From Candidatus Caenarcanales bacterium (lineage in GTDB: Bacteria > Cyanobacteriota > Vampirovibrionia > LMEP-6097), in assembly GCA_947459525.1 (NCBI GenBank), contig CANHDW010000001.1, forward strand, positions 3,714 to 67,713: a DNA stretch of 64,000 nucleotides, read 5' to 3'. Numbering within the stretch: position 1 is the stretch's first letter; every line of letters starts with the position of its first letter. The position numbers and the translations under genes were made by a program. Shown here piece by piece: positions 59,387 through 64,000 of the stretch. Under the pieces are notes generated by a model, which made no database searches, was not told the DNA's origin, and saw nothing but the letters and a program-made list of their open reading frames with translations.

Positions 59387-61603
59387 ATGAATGAAATAAG
59401 ACCATCTCAAGCAAATATAGGCTTAGCCCCTAAAGCGAGGTTCGCGTCGGCAGGAAAAGAGAAGTTTATTCATTTTAGAGAAACTAATGATCAATTATTT
59501 TCTCCCGAGGTAATTAAAAAATTAATAGCTGGTACCGCAAATGCTCAAGAAGTTTTTGTTTTAAAGTTATATTTAAAAGCACATACTAACGCAGGTAAAC
59601 AGATAAATCTAGAGAATGGGCTTGAACAGGAATCTGTTCTCCGTGCAATTAAAGAGTTAAATCCTTCTGCTACTGGTTTAAATTCAAAATCATTAGAAGC
59701 CATGAAAGGTGAACTCATCATTACTAACAGCCATGAGATGCTTAAAGATGGTGGTTTTTTGGGTTTTTTAAATATAGGGGATAGGCGTTTATCTAAAGAG
59801 TCTTCCATACTCTCTATTAAATCTTCTGATCCATCTACTTGGAAAGTAACAACGTTCAATGCAAATTTTTTAGATGGAACAGATAAACCTAAGATTGTGC
59901 GACGTGAAGAAGATACTTTTGATTCTGACAATGGTGTTTTACCAGCTAACTTTTCTGGTTTAGCAAAGGCATTACCTGATAATGTCACTCAAAGAGATCG
60001 TTTAGCTAATAAATCTTTATCAATAACTGATTATCCTATTTTAGAAGATAGAGAAGTGAATACTAGATACCAAGCAGGTTTATTGAAATATTTACAAAAT
60101 TCAGCAAGTTCACCTAATAAAGCCATTTCAGAAAAAATTTTACAAGAGGCATTACTTACTAAGTCCTCTAACGATAGAGGCTCTTTACTCTCTTCTGAAC
60201 TAGAAACTTGGAGTTCGAATCTAAAAGAAGTATTAAATAAGAAAATTAATGAGTACGCTCTTTTAAATCAATCAGAAGCAACAAATACTCCTACTCAGCA
60301 ATTAGTTAAGGCTAAAGAAAAAGAAATACTTGCGCTATTAAAAATTTATTCGACTTTAGATTCTTCTGATGCAAGGCGAGTCTTTTTCTCTCGGGAAAAG
60401 GATTTGATTCCTCTAACAAATAAATATGACTTGAATAATGTCTTAGAGATTAAGTTTGATGATGCAGTATCTATTACTAAAAAAATTGGAGATGATTTTG
60501 TTTGGGGAAGAAAAGATATAGACCCTAGTAACTTAAAGCTTCTACAAAAAAGGCTTTCTGAGCTTAGTGAACATAGAAATACTTTACTTGAGAAGAATTA
60601 TCCTGAAATGTTCATCAGCTCTCCCTCTCATGAACATTTGAATTTGAATAATATTAATATAAGCCTTGGAGTAAAAACCACAGAAAATGATACTAATAAT
60701 AGAATAGAACCAGAATCCTTATATCCACCGAGTTTAAAAGCCAAGGTCGATAAAATCATGAACAATAATCAGCTTGCATTATCTTTAAATGAGCCTTTAA
60801 AAAAACAATTAAGGGATAAAGTAGAAGCTTTTGTAGAATCTAAGCAATTTCCTACAGACATTAATGCTCAGAACAAACTTATAGAAACTCAGGTGAAGTC
60901 TCTACTTGAGAATCAAATAATTTCTCTTGGTCCTGAGTCAAAAAAGCTTAATAAGCTAAAACAAGAGATTAAGAATTCAATTAAAACTAAAATCCAAGCT
61001 TATTTAGAATCTAAAGATCAATATTTTGAGCGAGATGAAGAACAAGAAAAAGGCATAGCTGAAAAAATAAAACTCTTTTACTTACTTGCAAATGACTCTG
61101 AGAGAGAGGCTTTCTTAGAAGAAACGCGAGCAGAAACGTATCCTCAGTTGAAAAATATTAAAGTAAGTGATTTAATCGATAGTTTTTCTAAGCAAGGCGA
61201 GCAAGACACATCTATTAAAAAGCAGGATAATTTAACTACACGCCTATGGTTCGCTGATACAGGTCGTGATGATCCACGCAATGAAGATTTCGAGAATTCT
61301 GTACCAAATTTTAAAAAGCAAATTAGTATGGTAAACGCTTTCCTAGATTCATCTTCAGAGCTAGACCCTGCTTCTAAGCAAAAAACCAAAAATCTTTTAT
61401 CTGAGCTTACAGGTCTTCAAGATATAAGTCATTATGATTCACTTGCAGGTTACAATGCGACTGAATTAAAAACACAGTATCCTTATTTAAATCCACGTCA
61501 AGGAAAATGGATTGAGTCAAACTTAAGTACTGAACGCTTTGGTCCTTTTGGGCTTATCAGTTCACTCGCACGCTTTGCTGCTGATACACTGATAGGACGA
61601 TAA
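59387..61603 (+). CDS. Large hypothetical protein (738 aa from the first M after the terminator), low-complexity and effector-like
   Basis: The track ORF 59306.. includes the terminator. The realistic start is the ATG at 59387 (MNEIRPSQ). No recognisable domains. It ends at TAA 61601-61603, but the frame stays open downstream. Confidence 0.65.
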   Translation: MNEIRPSQANIGLAPKARFASAGKEKFIHFRETNDQLFSPEVIKKLIAGTANAQEVFVLKLYLKAHTNAGKQINLENGLEQESVLRAIKELNPSATGLNSKSLEAMKGELIITNSHEMLKDGGFLGFLNIGDRRLSKESSILSIKSSDPSTWKVTTFNANFLDGTDKPKIVRREEDTFDSDNGVLPANFSGLAKALPDNVTQRDRLANKSLSITDYPILEDREVNTRYQAGLLKYLQNSASSPNKAISEKILQEALLTKSSNDRGSLLSSELETWSSNLKEVLNKKINEYALLNQSEATNTPTQQLVKAKEKEILALLKIYSTLDSSDARRVFFSREKDLIPLTNKYDLNNVLEIKFDDAVSITKKIGDDFVWGRKDIDPSNLKLLQKRLSELSEHRNTLLEKNYPEMFISSPSHEHLNLNNINISLGVKTTENDTNNRIEPESLYPPSLKAKVDKIMNNNQLALSLNEPLKKQLRDKVEAFVESKQFPTDINAQNKLIETQVKSLLENQIISLGPESKKLNKLKQEIKNSIKTKIQAYLESKDQYFERDEEQEKGIAEKIKLFYLLANDSEREAFLEETRAETYPQLKNIKVSDLIDSFSKQGEQDTSIKKQDNLTTRLWFADTGRDDPRNEDFENSVPNFKKQISMVNAFLDSSSELDPASKQKTKNLLSELTGLQDISHYDSLAGYNATELKTQYPYLNPRQGKWIESNLSTERFGPFGLISSLARFAADTLIGR

Positions 61604-62140
61604 GATCCTCCACCCAATCCAGATGTAGCACACGCTACAACTCCACCAGTCCAAGAAATATCTGATCCAAGTAAAGACTATAAGCTTCCACAGGGTACCT
61701 TCGGGCAGCACGCTTTAAAAGAATCAAACTTAGTCACTTATCAAATTAAAGATGCAAATTCCCCACTAAATGGGCAAAAGCTTTATTTTAGGATGCCTTC
61801 TACTAACTATGAAAAACAGTTATTTAGCAAAATGGCAAAAAGGTATGGATTGGGTGAAACTGATGTTAAAAAATGGATCTTATCCGAGATTTACAAAGAA
61901 GCATTAAACTCTAAACAGAATAATTCAGAACCAAATTACAACCCCTTAGCAGACAAGGTTCGCAGTATAGTATCTACTACTTCAGGTGATGTAATTGAGA
62001 TGCTAAATTTAGCTCCTTTGTTTCAGGGAGAACAGGAAATCCCGAACTCATTTTTATTAGGAGCCTCTAGTGTAGAGAGCTTTAGAAGGAAATATAACGC
62101 CCATGAGGCGCAGGCCAATGACTTGGGTTATAGTTTGTAG
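61604..62140 (+). CDS. In-frame downstream continuation (178 codons) of the preceding ORF; either a separate 115-aa gene from ATG 61793 or the C-terminal part of a gene interrupted by one stop codon
   Basis: Same reading frame as 59387..61603. 63 stop-free sense codons link the TAA to ATG 61793, which is unlikely by chance in AT-rich DNA. Confidence 0.4.
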   Translation, partial: DPPPNPDVAHATTPPVQEISDPSKDYKLPQGTFGQHALKESNLVTYQIKDANSPLNGQKLYFRMPSTNYEKQLFSKMAKRYGLGETDVKKWILSEIYKEALNSKQNNSEPNYNPLADKVRSIVSTTSGDVIEMLNLAPLFQGEQEIPNSFLLGASSVESFRRKYNAHEAQANDLGYSL

Positions 62141-62148
62141 GGGGGGGG
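62140..62148. repeat. G9 homopolymeric tract
   Basis: GGGGGGGGG in a ~33% GC genome, lying between two convergent stop codons (TAG at 62138-62140 and the brnA-like stop at 62157-62159). Confidence 0.9.
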
Positions 62149-62156
62149 CACCATTT

Positions 62157-62339
62157 TTATGGAGAGAAGCGAGTTTGACCACTCGCATATTTATGAAGCA
62201 CACTCGAAATAAAACTCTGATAAGCTAGTCCCTCTTTTGCTGCAAGCCTCTTTAATATCTCAAGATCAGCACCAGACAATCTAATATTCATTCTAGTATC
62301 TTTGGTAAAGTATGCATTAGCAGCCTGCTTCATAATCAT
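62157..62339 (-). CDS. brnA: BrnA-like (CopG/RHH-type) antitoxin
   Basis: 61 aa; MNIRLSGADLEILKRLAAKEGLAYQSFISSVLHKYA matches the BrnA antitoxin family pattern (xxRLxxxxLxxLKxxAxxxGxxYQSLIxxxLHxY). Confidence 0.65.
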   Translation of the reverse strand: MIMKQAANAYFTKDTRMNIRLSGADLEILKRLAAKEGLAYQSFISSVLHKYASGQTRFSP

Positions 62340-62354
62340 CAAAATTCATTTTCA

Positions 62355-62474
62355 TCAATCTCCTAAGTATTTTTTTGTGGCTTTCCTGCTTGGGATAATA
62401 GTTTTGAGAAATATCATTTCATCATTAAAAATAAAAAGATTCACCTTTATAACCCCAACAGCAAAGTATCCACC
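62355..62474 (-). pseudogene. brnT: Remnant of BrnT (DUF497) toxin; only the C-terminal ~38 codons remain
   Basis: The minus-strand frame directly upstream of brnA reads GGYFAVGVIKVNLFIFNDEMIFLKTIIPSRKATKKYLGD*. This resembles the BrnT C-terminus (RxLAVG...ERGDxIRIISARKATKxE). There is a stop immediately upstream and no N-terminal half. The region overlaps the 3' end of the large ORF 62447... Confidence 0.5.
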
Positions 62475-64000
62475 TCATTCAAAACAGGATACTGAGCGGC
62501 ATCTAAAGCAAGCCTATTCAAATAATCCTGATCTCGATGAAGTTCTAACTGTACTTTTGTTGCAGCAGAAGCATTCACAAAGAATGCTTCACCTAATTCA
62601 GCATTAGTAAGAGTTTTCTGAAAAACTCCACTCGCTTTTTTAGTCAGAGTCGAAAAATTCTCAATTCTTGCCGACGCAATCTTATTAGAAGTAGCATCTA
62701 ATAAATTAATAACAAGGTCAAGTGGATCAGAAGAACTGTCAGCACTATTATTATAATCAAACTTCAGTGTTAAAGATGGATTTAAAGGATTCTTATAAAG
62801 CTTAACTATCGCAGAAGCTTTATCTATAAAACGAGGACTATCTATAAATTTTAAAATTAAAGCCTGATTAAAACGTCCCCTTAAATCATTATCCACACCC
62901 ACAGAGTTTTTTACGACTAAAGCGAAAGGTAAATCTAGTGTCTTAAGCTCACCAAAGTTCATTAAATCCCTATTTTTAACAAAAAATCCTTTAGCTTTAT
63001 TCAACTTCAGTCTAACTGGTATTTGAATATCTGAATCATTAACTACTATATTATCTAATTCATAAACTAAATCTAGAGAAGTCTTCTGAGAAGAATTTAT
63101 ACTGAGCCTTAAATTAGGCAAATCTGCTAAAGGGTGATTTTCAAGAGCTTTAGTATTAAAAACAAAAGCAGAAACTGTAGTTAAATTTAAAGCAGTATTA
63201 TAAGAAGAACTCAAATTAATAGGATCACTAATCACACTAAATTGATTAGCTGTAGTATCTTCATAAAAAACTATAGTATTTTTATCAATATTTATTGTAC
63301 TCAAAGGGATCTGAATAGCACTGATCTTAATAATTTTCTCAGAACGAGTTTGTGCATCTTGTGGGAAAAAGACATTAATCTTTTTCAAATAATCCTCGAC
63401 ATCTACGATGAACTCTAAAGTCTGAATATCAGGGTAAGCCAGTCCTACAGTAGTAAACTGAGTTATTAAAGTCGAAAAGTCAGCGAACTTATGAGTAGAA
63501 TTGGCTTTCAGTTTAAAAGAAAATTTACTGGTCACGTTAGTTCTTTTACCATTAGCATCCGTACTAAAGATTTTTAAATTATTTAGGAGTACTGAATTTT
63601 TTTCACTAAAGGTACTCTCTGATTCACCTTGAATATACTGAGGATCATGCTCAAAAGTTAATAGAAATTTCTTCTTATCTGAAGATACTTTAAGAAATTT
63701 ATTAAGCCCAGAGTGAATTTCAGCCGCTTCGATAGAAGTGAGCTGTGAAGCATCATCATCATAGAGTTCTACCTTGAGAGCCACTATTTTCTGTGTATCA
63801 AAAAAACCAGCAAAGGCTGGACTAGTCTCAAAAGTATCACGAGGTTTAAAAAAAACTGGTATTTCCCTCTCTGCTAGGACATTTGCTGCTAGTTCTGTAT
63901 CTAAAAACTTTATCTTAATTAAATTAGCGGCTTTATCTTTATAACTTAAATTACTCTTGGCAAAAGTAAACCTAACTCTATTATCCTTCGCTAAAGTTTG
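62447..64000 (-). CDS. Large hypothetical protein, partial (N-terminus beyond window end)
   Basis: The track gives 445 aa from the M at 63784, but the same frame stays open upstream to position 64000 (…QTLAKDNRVRFTFAKSNLSYKDKAANLIKIKFLDTELAANVLAEREIPVFFKPRDTFETSPAFAGFFDTQKIVALKVELYDDD…). The ORF is therefore at least 517 aa and is truncated by the window. No recognisable domain. Confidence 0.65.
   Translation of the reverse strand, partial: QTLAKDNRVRFTFAKSNLSYKDKAANLIKIKFLDTELAANVLAEREIPVFFKPRDTFETSPAFAGFFDTQKIVALKVELYDDDASQLTSIEAAEIHSGLNKFLKVSSDKKKFLLTFEHDPQYIQGESESTFSEKNSVLLNNLKIFSTDANGKRTNVTSKFSFKLKANSTHKFADFSTLITQFTTVGLAYPDIQTLEFIVDVEDYLKKINVFFPQDAQTRSEKIIKISAIQIPLSTINIDKNTIVFYEDTTANQFSVISDPINLSSSYNTALNLTTVSAFVFNTKALENHPLADLPNLRLSINSSQKTSLDLVYELDNIVVNDSDIQIPVRLKLNKAKGFFVKNRDLMNFGELKTLDLPFALVVKNSVGVDNDLRGRFNQALILKFIDSPRFIDKASAIVKLYKNPLNPSLTLKFDYNNSADSSSDPLDLVINLLDATSNKIASARIENFSTLTKKASGVFQKTLTNAELGEAFFVNASAATKVQLELHRDQDYLNRLALDAAQYPVLNEVDTLLLGL

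Noticed and set aside
60205-60225. tRNA T-arm-like sequence GGAGTTCGAATCT
   Set aside because: It lies inside the 738-aa ORF. There is no complementary acceptor or T stem (the 3' side reads CTAA, not CTCC) and no cloverleaf context, so it is a chance match.
1-64000. Searched by eye for CRISPR arrays, rRNA genes, IS/transposase or integrase genes
   Set aside because: No regularly spaced direct repeats, no rRNA-like conserved blocks, and no transposase or integrase-like ORFs were seen. The accessory features here are TA modules and solitary defence or effector-like genes rather than classical mobile elements.

Overview
This 64-kb window is AT-rich (roughly 33% GC by eye) and densely coding. 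It comes from a diderm bacterium, most likely of the cyanobacterial lineage. The first ~140 residues of ClpC (49303..52032) look nearly identical to cyanobacterial/plastid ClpC as I recall it. A FliA-type sigma factor, an LPS heptosyltransferase and MlaE fit a flagellated, non-photosynthetic lineage such as Melainabacteria; this is inference only and could be checked by BLAST. Most of the window is housekeeping: pyrF, pyrD, bioD, tmk, rplI, polA, secA, trpE/pabB-like, rsmE, serS, argF, an ABC-F protein, acpS, rseP-like, alaS, ftsH, clpC, mutL and ribBA. Several accessory or odd elements are embedded in it. (1) A HepT/MntA toxin-antitoxin pair sits between pyrD and pyrF; its HEPN toxin carries a frameshift that separates the RNIAVHAY catalytic motif from the rest of the protein. 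(2) A solitary DUF262+DUF1524 (GmrSD-like type IV restriction) gene lies between pyrD and bioD. (3) A 1483-aa cytoplasmic-looking protein is built of about a dozen ~100-aa tandem repeats. It lies next to a methyltransferase with a regulatory domain and an AttEFGH-like ABC transporter that has a lipocalin-like AttH subunit. (4) MutL has an unmistakable HNH (CxxC...HH...CxxCN) C-terminus and is co-transcribed with ribBA and a 1114-aa membrane protein fused to a spermidine-synthase-like domain and TPRs. (5) The terminal 5 kb (58.9-64 kb) looks like an accessory islet. It holds a small acidic protein followed by a strong terminator; a ~945-codon reading frame broken by a single in-frame TAA; a G9 homopolymer; an intact BrnA antitoxin whose BrnT toxin is reduced to a ~38-codon C-terminal remnant overlapped by the end of a large uncharacterised gene; and that large gene, which runs off the window. 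No rRNA, tRNA or CRISPR array was found.
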